A program made the translations under genes and the position numbers. This document shows positions 34,081-43,606 of a stretch of 64,000 bases of DNA, piece after piece; the stretch's first letter is position 1, and every line of letters begins with the position of its first letter. Below the pieces are notes generated by a model that did no database searches, was not told the origin of the DNA, and saw nothing but the letters and a program-made list of their open reading frames with translations. Origin of the DNA: Minisyncoccota bacterium (GTDB taxonomy: Bacteria; Patescibacteriota; Minisyncoccia; Minisyncoccales; RBG-13-42-11). The stretch covers positions 4,987-68,986 of the forward strand of contig JBAZFF010000001.1 in assembly GCA_041653495.1 (NCBI GenBank), in the 5' to 3' direction.

Positions 34081-35268
34081 TTAAAAGTAAGGAGAATAGA
34101 CTGAGCCGGCCTGCAATGCCGCCTTGGGCAGGATGACCGTTACGGACCCGAAAGCCCCGAAAGCCACCTGGTACCTCTGAAAATAGATTATAAGGCTGTC
34201 TTCGTTAAAGTTGAAATTCTCATAGTTCTCCCAGTCGGGGCCCGCTCCCTGGTCCACCCATTCTTCCAAAGAAGTGTCTATTTGGGTTCCGGATTGCTCC
34301 AGCTGATAGATAACGTCTGCTATGGCCAGTTCGGACAGCCGAATCAGAGATTCCTGAGAAGAATCAAGGAAATCTATGATTGAAACCTGCCTCTTTTCCT
34401 TAAGATCATAGTTGAAAGCTAAGACTTCGTTCGTCCCGTGGGCGCCGCCTTCGTAATAATAGATGTCCAACACGAAGTTTATCTGCCCGTCTGAAACTAA
34501 GACGGGGCTCCATTGGCAGATAAAATCAAACGGGGCCTCCGGATATTCCGAGACTTCTTCCCCGGGCAGAGCAGTCTCCTTCCTCGCCTCCCAAGCCTCC
34601 ATTGCGTTTACCTTAAACAGCTCAACTTTGTCGGAAAGGAGCTGGAGTATCTGGGCATTGAAGGCATTTTCCGCTCCTGCAATCTGCGGATACCTTACGT
34701 TTATATTGTAAAACTCGTCCTGGCGGATAATGAATCCTTCCGTAATAGATTGTTCGGCAGCTGTAGGATCTTCAAACAGGAAACAGTCTGGCGGACGGAA
34801 GGTAAAGAATGTAAACAGGGAAAACAGGGCCAGAATCAATAATACGAATATCTTGTTAAGCCCGAAAGAGAAATCCCGCCTGGTCATTATGAATATGCTC
34901 GCTAACTGCCCTATTATAACAGCCAAAACGAATATTGAGATATCCAGGGCCAAAAGATTGTATCCTAAAATGGCCTTGTAGGAATAGAAGAATGCTGCTA
35001 TTAGGACCGGAATCAGGATAAGACTTACCGCCTTTGCCAGCCAGAAATTATTGGCTCGGAGCTTAAAGAGAAAATATTCCAGAAGAGCAAAAATAAATGC
35101 GGGAACTGCGGCCAGCTTCAAATGCTCCCATGTGCTCTCGTTTACCGCCGAGAAAACCCCCGCTATCTGGTTCCCTCCCGACCAGCCGTAAGTATAATGC
35201 AGCACGCTCCCCAAGATGGAAATGAAAAACATTCCCAGAATCTCCAGTCTTATTATTTTAGAGTTCAT
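34081..35268 (-). CDS. Membrane protein with an RsiV-like DUF3298 extracytoplasmic domain
   Basis: Multi-TM N-terminus and a C-terminal YYYEGGAHGT motif. Confidence 0.45.
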   Translation of the reverse strand: MNSKIIRLEILGMFFISILGSVLHYTYGWSGGNQIAGVFSAVNESTWEHLKLAAVPAFIFALLEYFLFKLRANNFWLAKAVSLILIPVLIAAFFYSYKAILGYNLLALDISIFVLAVIIGQLASIFIMTRRDFSFGLNKIFVLLILALFSLFTFFTFRPPDCFLFEDPTAAEQSITEGFIIRQDEFYNINVRYPQIAGAENAFNAQILQLLSDKVELFKVNAMEAWEARKETALPGEEVSEYPEAPFDFICQWSPVLVSDGQINFVLDIYYYEGGAHGTNEVLAFNYDLKEKRQVSIIDFLDSSQESLIRLSELAIADVIYQLEQSGTQIDTSLEEWVDQGAGPDWENYENFNFNEDSLIIYFQRYQVAFGAFGSVTVILPKAALQAGSVYSPYF

Positions 35269-35272
35269 ACTA

Positions 35273-35704
35273 TTAAAAATTAATTACTTGAGCCTTGGCG
35301 GTTTTCCCTTCCGCTGACGGCCAGAAGGATATGCTGCCGTGGGCTATCCTGAATATCGAAAGCCTCGGGTCTGTTGGGCCTTTGGCGCCGAACTCAATAA
35401 GAAAAGGCCTGTCTTTCAACATTTTTTCTTTCAGGGGCTGGTCTTCCAAAAATTCAACCTCTCCCCTGACTCTCATCATAGAGCATGGGTCTGCCTTGTC
35501 TTTAGAAAAAAAGCATACTTCTATGTTGGGATTGTTTCTCAGCTGCGCATCAACGCTCTTGAAAGTCCAGGCCTGAAAGTAAAATCCATCCTTAGAGGCA
35601 AACCAAAGACCCATCATCCTCACTCTGGGTTTCCCGTCTTCCACGGTAGCCATGGAGCAGTCCCTTATTTTATTTGCGAGCTCAATAGAGTCTTTAAAGT
35701 CCAT
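35273..35704 (-). CDS. Pyridoxamine 5'-phosphate oxidase-like FMN-binding protein
   Basis: Split-barrel family pattern (PRVRMMGLWF…RVRGEVEFL). Confidence 0.5.
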   Translation of the reverse strand: MDFKDSIELANKIRDCSMATVEDGKPRVRMMGLWFASKDGFYFQAWTFKSVDAQLRNNPNIEVCFFSKDKADPCSMMRVRGEVEFLEDQPLKEKMLKDRPFLIEFGAKGPTDPRLSIFRIAHGSISFWPSAEGKTAKAQVINF

Positions 35705-35763
35705 ACTTCATTTTAACAGATTCAAAGCGATAATCAATTTGCAATAAAAAGGGCCGGTAATCC

Positions 35764-36045
35764 TTACCGGCCAGAAAGACCTAAAACTTCTTCTGCCTCC
35801 CTCACAAGGCAGAAAGTGATGAAAACGTTCTTGTATTTCTCAAGCTCTTCCCTTGTCAGGAAGGCTGCGAAGGCTGAACGTCTCGTCCACTTCTCTTTTC
35901 CTATTTTCTTCACTTTCCCGTCTATATTGACGAAGACGAAGTCAATCCTGCTTTCCCAAGTCGTTGTGTTCATCTTCCCCTTATAGACATTCAGCTTGCA
36001 ATCAAGGATGTAAACATTGATCTTGAAATCGTTTCTTTTCTTCAA
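35764..36045 (-). CDS. Hypothetical protein
   Basis: 93-aa ORF. Confidence 0.3.
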   Translation of the reverse strand: MKKRNDFKINVYILDCKLNVYKGKMNTTTWESRIDFVFVNIDGKVKKIGKEKWTRRSAFAAFLTREELEKYKNVFITFCLVREAEEVLGLSGR

Positions 36046-36101
36046 CGCATTGCCTCCTTAATCTAGTGATTACAACAGCTTAATATTTTGGTTAAATAAA
36101 A

Positions 36102-36350
36102 TCAATACCCTATCACTTCGAATATTTTGTTCCTTTCCGTAAATCCCTTCACCAGCCTGATTTTAGAAACAGGGACTTTAAAATAAAAAGAGAGTGTCTG
36201 CACCACTTCCCTGTTAGCCAGCCCCATTACGGGCTTTGCTTTCACTTTTATTTCAAAGCTGTCCGGATCCTTCTTTATTATTTCGTTCTCTTTTGAACAG
36301 GGATATACTTTTACTTTTATCAACATATTAGCGGAAGAAAGATGCGACAA
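36102..36350 (-). CDS. DUF167 / YggU-family protein
   Basis: IKVKVYP…VKAKPVMGLANREVVQTLSFYFKVPVSKIRLVKGFTERNKIFEV. Confidence 0.55.
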   Translation of the reverse strand: MSHLSSANMLIKVKVYPCSKENEIIKKDPDSFEIKVKAKPVMGLANREVVQTLSFYFKVPVSKIRLVKGFTERNKIFEVIGY

Positions 36351-36810
36351 AAAATCCGAACATCACCAGGCCGAATATAAGCTTTAGCAATGTCCCGAAC
36401 AGGAATCCTATTACGGCTCCGAAAGCGGAACTGAAAGCCTGGCTCCTTTCCTTGCCTGAAATCAATTCTCCGGCTAAGGCCCCCAGGAAAGGCCCCAAAA
36501 TCAGGCCAATCGGGCCCAAAGTGGCCACCCCCAGAAGAGTTCCGAGGAAAGCTCCGACGACCCCCCATTTCCCCGACTTGTATTTCTTGGCTCCCAGCAA
36601 GGGCGCAAGGAAATCCAACAGAAAGAATAATACGGTAATTACTGAAAATACTATTAAAGTCGCGAGGGAGATCGTTTCAAACCCGGTTTTGGAGGCATAA
36701 ATAAAGATCCCCAGCCAGACAAAAGCAATCCCCGGGAGGAAAGGAATTATTATTCCGATGAGCCCGACAATAATCAGAACAAAACAAAGTATGACTATTA
36801 GAATATCCAT
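36328..36810 (-). CDS. DUF456-family membrane protein
   Basis: Four TM helices, a KYKSGKWGV motif, and a Gly-rich amphipathic segment. Confidence 0.45.
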   Translation of the reverse strand: MDILIVILCFVLIIVGLIGIIIPFLPGIAFVWLGIFIYASKTGFETISLATLIVFSVITVLFFLLDFLAPLLGAKKYKSGKWGVVGAFLGTLLGVATLGPIGLILGPFLGALAGELISGKERSQAFSSAFGAVIGFLFGTLLKLIFGLVMFGFFVASFFR

Positions 36811-36891
36811 GACACTATTGATTCTCACACTTTTCCCCTTTTTTGCAAATAAAATGGCTGGAGGTCGCCCGCCAGCCATCTAAAGAACGGT

Positions 36892-37389
36892 TTAAGCAGC
36901 TACTAACTCGGAATGCTTAAGGACATATCTCTCCAGCGGAATAAACTCTAGCAAGAGTCTTTGGCCGCCGAGATCTAGCCCTAGGGGGTCAGGACAGGGC
37001 AATCTTTTACCCGACGCGTCTATTAGGCCGCTCTTTCCGGCTTCTCCATCCGATAGCGTAATGGCGACCTGGGCGCTCAATGAGCTGACCATCATATCCC
37101 AAGAAAGGAAGACTCCGTTTGAGAGTTCAACTTCGGCAAACCTTTGATCTTCCTGGTCCTGAAGGTTCAGGGAATCAACCAGTAAAGAATATAATCCTGT
37201 GTCATATTCAAAGGTGACTGAAGACTTCATATCTAACGCTTCCAGAGTGATTCCTTCCTCTTCAATTCTTCCGAAGTTTGCTGTGACTTCCCACAAGTTC
37301 CAAAGAAAATGGGATATCAGCAAGGGATCGCCTTTTGGAACAAATTTGGGACTAAAGTCATTTTTCACTTGAAAGATCTTTCTATCCAT
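36892..37389 (-). CDS. Hypothetical protein
   Basis: 165-aa ORF. Confidence 0.4.
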   Translation of the reverse strand: MDRKIFQVKNDFSPKFVPKGDPLLISHFLWNLWEVTANFGRIEEEGITLEALDMKSSVTFEYDTGLYSLLVDSLNLQDQEDQRFAEVELSNGVFLSWDMMVSSLSAQVAITLSDGEAGKSGLIDASGKRLPCPDPLGLDLGGQRLLLEFIPLERYVLKHSELVAA

Positions 37390-37413
37390 ATTTCCTCCTT
37401 ATGAAAAAACTTA

Positions 37414-37923
37414 TTGTTAAATAATAGCAAAGAGAGAAGCAAATGGCAAAAGACTTTATCTTTTAAAATGTTTGTATTATCATTCTCTAAAGAGGGATTT
37501 GTACTTTTAGAGAGGAGTTATATTTTGAAGAAAGATGACAGAAAAAAATTCCACGAACGCAGGGCTGAAAAGAGGGAGCAGAAATGGATGGAGTCAACAG
37601 AGATAACGAAGCATCACGTTTTCTCTAGGAAGTTGTTCTTCTGGTTAAAGAATCTTAAGTGGAACAAGAATAATCTTCCCAGAAATCTGCATACTGCGTA
37701 TCACGCTCTTTTTAACCACTTGTCACCCGAGAGAATCGCACGGTATCTTCAGGTCATCTTTTCCCGACATCTGGCTTTCCTGATTCTGCAGGAATTGAAT
37801 GAAAAGATATGGAAAGGATTATTTAAGATAGAGGAGGAAAAAGAGAGGATAAGAATAACCCTAAGAGAGCCGTTTAAGAGCGAAGCGGAGGCGGCGGAAG
37901 CTAAAGCAGAACATAGAAAATAG
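37414..37923 (+). CDS. Hypothetical protein, possibly HNH-like (HH…N…H)
   Basis: HHVFSRKL…NKNNLPRNLHTAYHALFNH, a weak HNH-like pattern. Confidence 0.3.
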   Translation: MLNNSKERSKWQKTLSFKMFVLSFSKEGFVLLERSYILKKDDRKKFHERRAEKREQKWMESTEITKHHVFSRKLFFWLKNLKWNKNNLPRNLHTAYHALFNHLSPERIARYLQVIFSRHLAFLILQELNEKIWKGLFKIEEEKERIRITLREPFKSEAEAAEAKAEHRK

Positions 37924-37966
37924 TACGCTTAAACAAAAAGCCCCTTTTGGCAAGGGGCTTTTATTA

Positions 37967-38719
37967 TTACTTTTTTTCTTCCTTCTTTCCGAATCCTTCA
38001 AACGCCCTCAAAACTTCTATCGGAACGGCAAAAACAATTGTGTTGGACTGATCCGAGCTGATATCGTTTATGGACTGCAATGTCCTTAAATGAAGAGCTC
38101 CCTTTGAAGAGGCCAAAGTTTCGGCAGCCTTCGCCATATTATTAGCGGCTGCCACCTCTCCTTCCGCCTTTATGATAATAGACCTCTTTTCCCTCTCGGC
38201 TTCCGCCTGCTTTCCGATGACCCTCTTCATCTCCTCCGGCAAGGTTATATCCTTCAGCTCAACGTTTATGACCTGTATCCCCCAGGGATCGGTAGCTTTA
38301 TCTATTATCCCCCTGATATTCTCGGACACCCTGTCCCTCTGGGCCAGCAAATCGTCCAGGTCCACCTGGCCTACGGCATTCCTCATTGTCGTCTGGGCCA
38401 TCTGGGAAATGGCGTAATAGAAGTTCTCCACTTCCAAGATAACCTTGTCCGCTTCTCTTATCTTATAGTAAATGACCGCGTTTACGCTTACGGAAACATT
38501 GTCTTTGGTAATGGCCTCCTGGTTCGGGACATCCACCGCTTTTACTCTCAAGTCCACTTTCTTGTAAGACTGCACTATTGGCCAGACAAGCCTCCAGCCG
38601 GGGTCCATAATCCCCGAGTACCTCCCTAAAACAAACCTGAGCCCCCTCTCATACTGGTTTATCTGCTTTATTGAAATTATTATTAAGAATAATACTGCGC
38701 CCGAAATTGCATACCACAT
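37967..38719 (-). CDS. SPFH/Band-7 (stomatin/prohibitin-like) membrane protein
   Basis: N-terminal TM, SPFH core (ERGLRFVLGRYSG…), C-terminal coiled coil. Confidence 0.8.
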   Translation of the reverse strand: MWYAISGAVLFLIIISIKQINQYERGLRFVLGRYSGIMDPGWRLVWPIVQSYKKVDLRVKAVDVPNQEAITKDNVSVSVNAVIYYKIREADKVILEVENFYYAISQMAQTTMRNAVGQVDLDDLLAQRDRVSENIRGIIDKATDPWGIQVINVELKDITLPEEMKRVIGKQAEAEREKRSIIIKAEGEVAAANNMAKAAETLASSKGALHLRTLQSINDISSDQSNTIVFAVPIEVLRAFEGFGKKEEKK

Positions 38720-38731
38720 GTTTTTGAGATA

Positions 38732-38932
38732 TTAATTGTTATTTTGAGGCTCTTCAGAAACTATCAGCACCGCCAAGAAATAAGCAATGATTCCCGGAAA
38801 GAAGCCGCTGAATACGGAAATCACGACCCAGGCCACCCTGAAAACAGTCGGGTCAACCCCGAAATATTCCCCGAATCCTCCCAGGACTCCGGCCAGCATC
38901 CTGTTTTTTCTACTCCTGTACAGTTTCTTCAT
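38732..38932 (-). CDS. PspC-domain protein
   Basis: RSRKNRMLAGVLGGFGEYFGVDPTVFRVAWVV. Confidence 0.6.
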   Translation of the reverse strand: MKKLYRSRKNRMLAGVLGGFGEYFGVDPTVFRVAWVVISVFSGFFPGIIAYFLAVLIVSEEPQNNN

Positions 38933-39530
38933 CTGCTATTTTCACCTTAAAAGTTTCCGCGGCTTTGTAAAAGACAGGTTTCAAATCGTCCCATTTCACG
39001 TCAGTCGTGTTGAAAGACATAGTCCAGGCATCATCCCCTTCTCCTTCCACCGAAACCAAGAGAGTCTTATATTGATACGCTCCCTCCACAATTAGCGCTT
39101 CCACGGCTATGGCATTCCTCCCGCCTATTTCCATAGGCTGTTTTCCTCCGAAGGTGATCTCTCCGTCTATCAGATCTTTCAAAAAGCTTTCTATTTGATC
39201 CGTAAGTTCAGAAAGAGTCAATCCTCCGTTTTCTCCGTGAGTAACGGCCAGATAAGTCCTGAACTCTTCTTTCTCTTTTTCGGGATCAGTCACCACGCTC
39301 TCTGAGTCAACCAAATAAAGGGCTATGCCTTCCGGCGGGGTTATTTTATACCAGCTCAAAGGAACGCTGACTTCAAATCCTTCTTCGGCCACTACGCTTA
39401 AATCTATTTCCACCTCTTCCTCTTCCTGGACCGGGACTTCCTCGGCCTGATCCAGCCAGTCCCAAGTGAGGTATCCTCCTGCTAAAACCAAGATTAATGC
39501 AACCGCTATATATGCTATTTTGTTTTTCAT
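38910..39530 (-). CDS. Hypothetical secreted/lipoprotein
   Basis: Signal peptide followed by an acidic region. Confidence 0.4.
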   Translation of the reverse strand: MKNKIAYIAVALILVLAGGYLTWDWLDQAEEVPVQEEEEVEIDLSVVAEEGFEVSVPLSWYKITPPEGIALYLVDSESVVTDPEKEKEEFRTYLAVTHGENGGLTLSELTDQIESFLKDLIDGEITFGGKQPMEIGGRNAIAVEALIVEGAYQYKTLLVSVEGEGDDAWTMSFNTTDVKWDDLKPVFYKAAETFKVKIADEETVQE

Positions 39531-39830
39531 AGTTTTAATAATTAATTTTAACTTTATTCATTTTGGCACTTTTAATTATTCTTGTCTATTGAAAAGGAGG
39601 GTTTAAAAGCCCTCCTTTAAAAGAACAAAGAATCAGCTTCTCCGGCTTCTTTTACCATTTCTATTAAAAGGTATTTTTCTCTTTCTCCACTGGTATTCTT
39701 TTATCTTTTTCAAACAGCCCTCCTAAAATCAAGCATTATAAAAACGTAGCACCTAATGGCAAAAATGCAAGAAAAACAATCCACAGGCTAATGACTTTTA
39801 TGCCAGTTTATGATTAAATAAAATAAATTT

Positions 39831-41027
39831 ATGCCTTTTATAATAGCATTCATAGTGATCGCAATAGCCGTTTCTCTGGCCGGCGTTTTTATGAACGGCG
39901 ATCCGAACGTCCCGGAGGCGGAAGAACAGGCGCAGGAAGAAACGATATCTCAGGGAAATACTTCGTCCCAAGGCGGAAACTCCCAGGGTTCGCAGATATC
40001 TTCCGACGGCCAGCAGGCGCAGACCTCCATAGACCCAAATTTTCCCATCAATACCTACATAAAATACGGGTCGGCTGCAAAGGATGTTTTTGACGATACG
40101 ACGGAAGTGACTTTTGAGTTTGATGCAGTGGTTTCAGACAGCGTAGATTTGTCCGACCTCTATTTTGAAACTAAAGCCGAAGGAGTTGATACAGACTGGA
40201 AAAAAACCAGCCAGAAATACAGGAAAGTGACTTTTCCGAGCGGGAGCCACCAATACGCCTTCTGGGTCAGGGGGAGGACGGACGAACTGACTGAACCCTC
40301 TCCGGCCTACCACACGATAACCATAAACGTATCTCCCTATTACAATAAAATAAAGATTTCCAATTTGAAGGCGCCTGACAATCAGGCCAATCCTTCTTTA
40401 ATCACCCTTTCCACGAACATACCTTCCGGGGAGACTATAAATATCTCGGGATGGACCTTGGAGGGGGAAAAAGGAACGGTGGCAATACCGAAGGGAGCTG
40501 AAAGGTACGATCCCAACGATTCTTCTTCCTGGAACCAGAATATTCTTTTGAGGAGGGGCGATATGGCTTATATCTCCAGCATGTCCAGCCCTTTCGCCTT
40601 CAGCCAGCTCAGCTTCAGGCCGAACAAGTGCATGGGGTACTATGCAGACTCCAATAACTTTGAAATATCAGTATCAAAAAGCTGCCCGAGGCCCACTGCG
40701 GACAGTTTGCCCAGCTACATTTCGGCAAAATGCAAGAACTTCATTTTGGATGAAATAGGGACTTGCGAATTCCCGGATACGGACAAGATGAACGAATATG
40801 ATCTGTACGACGAGGACGCCTGTATCGCCTATCTGACCGCCAACTTCAACTATTCAGGATGCCTGGCCAAATACGGCAGCGATTCCAACTTCACCCAAAA
40901 CTTGTGGCACATATACACGGACAGATACGAAAGGGAGATAATGGACAGGTTCGGGGACACTGTTTATCTTAAGGATTCAAGCGGATTGGTGGCGGCGAAA
41001 TACTGCTTTGAGGACTATTGCAATTAG
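39831..41027 (+). CDS. Hypothetical secreted protein
   Basis: 398-aa ORF with an N-terminal hydrophobic segment. Confidence 0.45.
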   Translation: MPFIIAFIVIAIAVSLAGVFMNGDPNVPEAEEQAQEETISQGNTSSQGGNSQGSQISSDGQQAQTSIDPNFPINTYIKYGSAAKDVFDDTTEVTFEFDAVVSDSVDLSDLYFETKAEGVDTDWKKTSQKYRKVTFPSGSHQYAFWVRGRTDELTEPSPAYHTITINVSPYYNKIKISNLKAPDNQANPSLITLSTNIPSGETINISGWTLEGEKGTVAIPKGAERYDPNDSSSWNQNILLRRGDMAYISSMSSPFAFSQLSFRPNKCMGYYADSNNFEISVSKSCPRPTADSLPSYISAKCKNFILDEIGTCEFPDTDKMNEYDLYDEDACIAYLTANFNYSGCLAKYGSDSNFTQNLWHIYTDRYEREIMDRFGDTVYLKDSSGLVAAKYCFEDYCN

Positions 41028-42088
41028 AATTTTCTCTTTAATTCAGCCAAGGCGTTAGAAGCTATCCACTTGGCGGATTTGGAATCCATTTCATAAATAT
41101 TTTTCCCCGCCTTTATAGCTTTCTTGTTCAAGTTTCTATTCCTCTTCCCTATCTGCCTCAAGGCCCAATTGACCGCTTTTCTTACAAAGTTCCTATCGTC
41201 CTGCGCCTCCCTTTTGATTATCGGGAAGAATCTCTCAAAAAAGGAATCCTCGGCCGATTTGTCGTGGACCGCCAAAACGGCCATCAGTACAAACCCCGCC
41301 CTTTTTACGAATTCCCTTTTTCTCCTGGTCCATTCAAATATTTTCTTCTCCGCAAAAGGCGTATCCCCGAAAAGGCAAGAACATGTCTGATCGCAAATAT
41401 CCCAGGAATCAATGTCTTTTGCCATAGACTCCATTTCCTTCTCAGTCAGCTTGCAGGGATCGGCAATGAAAACCGCCAGCAATCTGGCTTCGTGTATTTC
41501 AGAGTTCCAAAGCTCTATAGCTAATTCATGGTTCTTTCCTATCTGTTTTGCAAGGCCTCTCAAGTAAGGGACTGATATTCCCAAGGTATTTTTGGGGCTT
41601 ATCCCAAACCTCGCCATACCCTCCTTGTTCTTCTTATCGGCCAAGGATTTTAATTTTTTGATAATCTCGCTGCGGCTGAAAGCCAGCCTAGTGGAAGAAA
41701 TAGGCTTCCCACACTTATCCAGGACAAAAGGCACTTTAACTGTCTTAATGAGCTTCTTCCCCAGCTTTTTCCTTCTTGCATTTATTTCCCTGGCCACAGA
41801 AACGCTTTCGGGAGATACGACTATGTAATCATAATTTCTCTTTAGCGCATCTCCGAATTTGTCTTCTATCTTGTAAATCGCAAAACTCTTTTTGAATTTT
41901 CTCTTGATCAAATTCTCCAAGTTCTTTTTCCTTTCCGAGAACTTCTTTATCTTCCTCTTTTTCCTTTTGGCGTAATTGTCGGAAGTCAGGCCTAAAGAGA
42001 CCTCTCCCAGAGAGAATGCTTTCTTTAGCAGGGCTTCGTGCCCTTTGTGCAGGATGTCAAATGTCCCGCCGACAGCCACCTTTTTCAT
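41024..42088 (-). CDS. Fusion: archaeal-type cytidylyltransferase/PPAT-like N-domain plus AlkD-like DNA alkylation-repair (HEAT-repeat glycosylase) C-domain
   Basis: N-terminal GGTFDILHKGH nucleotidyltransferase motif; C-terminal EARLLAVFIAD…SWDICDQ…FVLMA, typical of the AlkD/AlkC family. Confidence 0.45.
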   Translation of the reverse strand: MKKVAVGGTFDILHKGHEALLKKAFSLGEVSLGLTSDNYAKRKKRKIKKFSERKKNLENLIKRKFKKSFAIYKIEDKFGDALKRNYDYIVVSPESVSVAREINARRKKLGKKLIKTVKVPFVLDKCGKPISSTRLAFSRSEIIKKLKSLADKKNKEGMARFGISPKNTLGISVPYLRGLAKQIGKNHELAIELWNSEIHEARLLAVFIADPCKLTEKEMESMAKDIDSWDICDQTCSCLFGDTPFAEKKIFEWTRRKREFVKRAGFVLMAVLAVHDKSAEDSFFERFFPIIKREAQDDRNFVRKAVNWALRQIGKRNRNLNKKAIKAGKNIYEMDSKSAKWIASNALAELKRKF

Positions 42089-43221
42089 ATTTTTCCCGAT
42101 TTAATGTCTTTCCTGATCCTTTCGACGAAAGTATTGAAGAAATAAAGATTGTGGAAAGTGAGCAGGGACATTCCTGTAATTTCCTTAGCTCTCAACAGAT
42201 GGTGTACGTACCCTCTGGAATATTCCCGGCAAACGGCACATGAGCATTTTGAATCCAAGGGCTTCTTGTCTTTCTTGAAAATTTCCTTGTTTAAATCCAG
42301 TTCCCCGGCAGAAGTATAAGCCATTCCCCTCCTGGCATAATGGGTCGGGGCTATGCAGTCGAAAGTATCCACTCCCGCTTTTATTATCTTCGGGATGTCT
42401 TGGAGATAACCTATCCCCAATAAATGCCTCGGCTTCTCCTCCGGAAGCTCTTTTAGGGTGAGTTTTAGCATGTTTATCATCGTCTTTTTATTGTCTCCGA
42501 ATTCCCCTCCTATACCGAATCCCTCAAAGGGAAGGGACCCTATGAATCTTGCGCTTTCTTTTCTCAAGTCCTTGAACTTCCCTCCCTGGACTATCCCGTA
42601 CAAAGCCTGCTTCGTTCTTTTGGCTTTTAAGCATATTTTCGCCCACTCATGCGTTTTCAAAAGAGAAGCCTCGGTGTATTCCTTGGAAGCCATGGGAGAA
42701 GTGCATTCGTCAAAAGCAAAGATAATGTCAGCTCCCAGTTTTTCCTGAATTCTTATGGATTCCGCCGGCCCTAGGAACAGTTCTTTGCCGTCCAAAAAGG
42801 ACCGAAAGTTCACTCCCTTGTCTGTTATTCTCAAAAGCTTAGGCTGCTGGCCGTATTCTATCCCTTCCGCTTTCTGTTTCTTTAATATCTTTCCCGTCCC
42901 AAAATCCCTGCCGAATCCCAGGCTGAAAACCTGGAATCCCCCCGAATCCGTCATCAAGGGCTTTTGAAGGCTCATGAACTTCTGCAATCCTCCGAATCTT
43001 TCAATTAATTCTTCTCCCGGACGAATGTGCAGATGGAAAGTGTTGCAGATTAAAATCTGGGTCTTGGATTCTGAAACGTCTTTTGAACTTAAAGTCTTTA
43101 TTACCGCCTGGGTGGCCACCGGAACCAAAGACGGAGTTTCTACGACTCCGTGGGAAGTTTCCAGCAATCCCAGCCTGGCATTGCTCTTTTTAGATTTTTT
43201 GACAATCTGGAAGCTGAACAT
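42085..43221 (-). CDS. tgt: Queuine tRNA-ribosyltransferase
   Basis: TPSLVPVAT, DSGGFQVFSL, and the zinc site CSCAVC…H. Confidence 0.9.
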   Translation of the reverse strand: MFSFQIVKKSKKSNARLGLLETSHGVVETPSLVPVATQAVIKTLSSKDVSESKTQILICNTFHLHIRPGEELIERFGGLQKFMSLQKPLMTDSGGFQVFSLGFGRDFGTGKILKKQKAEGIEYGQQPKLLRITDKGVNFRSFLDGKELFLGPAESIRIQEKLGADIIFAFDECTSPMASKEYTEASLLKTHEWAKICLKAKRTKQALYGIVQGGKFKDLRKESARFIGSLPFEGFGIGGEFGDNKKTMINMLKLTLKELPEEKPRHLLGIGYLQDIPKIIKAGVDTFDCIAPTHYARRGMAYTSAGELDLNKEIFKKDKKPLDSKCSCAVCREYSRGYVHHLLRAKEITGMSLLTFHNLYFFNTFVERIRKDIKSGKI

Positions 43222-43577
43222 TTTGTTATTTTCTCACTTAAATTGTCTTATGTCTAATAGAAACCCCTCGGTTTTGAAACGAGGGGGTTCTGCGAGCTTA
43301 AAGGGCAAAGAGTACGATAGCAACCAGCATCGAGATTATACCCAAGGCAAAGTTGGCCATCAGTATCTCCATGCTATTTCTATGATTGTCCTCCACCGCC
43401 CAATAAGCTCCAGCTAAAGGAACGAGATATTTGATCTTCACCTTATTCCTCCTAATTCTTCGTTCAACTAGCAATATATTGCAATATTTGCGGGAAAAAA
43501 TCAAGACCAGAATGTGTAACAAAAAACCAGTCTAATCGTCTTAATTATAAGAGGAAAAACTAAAAGACTGGTTCTTT

Positions 43578-43604
43578 TGTGCCCGCGGTAAATGCGGGCT
43601 TTTT
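43578..43604 (+). terminator. Hairpin GCCCGC-ggtaaat-GCGGGC plus TTTTT
   Basis: Oriented for a plus-strand transcript although the flanking genes are on the minus strand; preceded by a second 9-bp inverted repeat at 43527-43577. Confidence 0.35.
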
Positions 43605-43606
43605 CT

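Noticed and set aside
43298-43522. 74-aa ORF downstream of tgt
   Set aside because: Only the C-terminal 25 residues look like a TM helix, there is no RBS, and it overlaps a hairpin-rich intergenic region. Confidence is too low to list.
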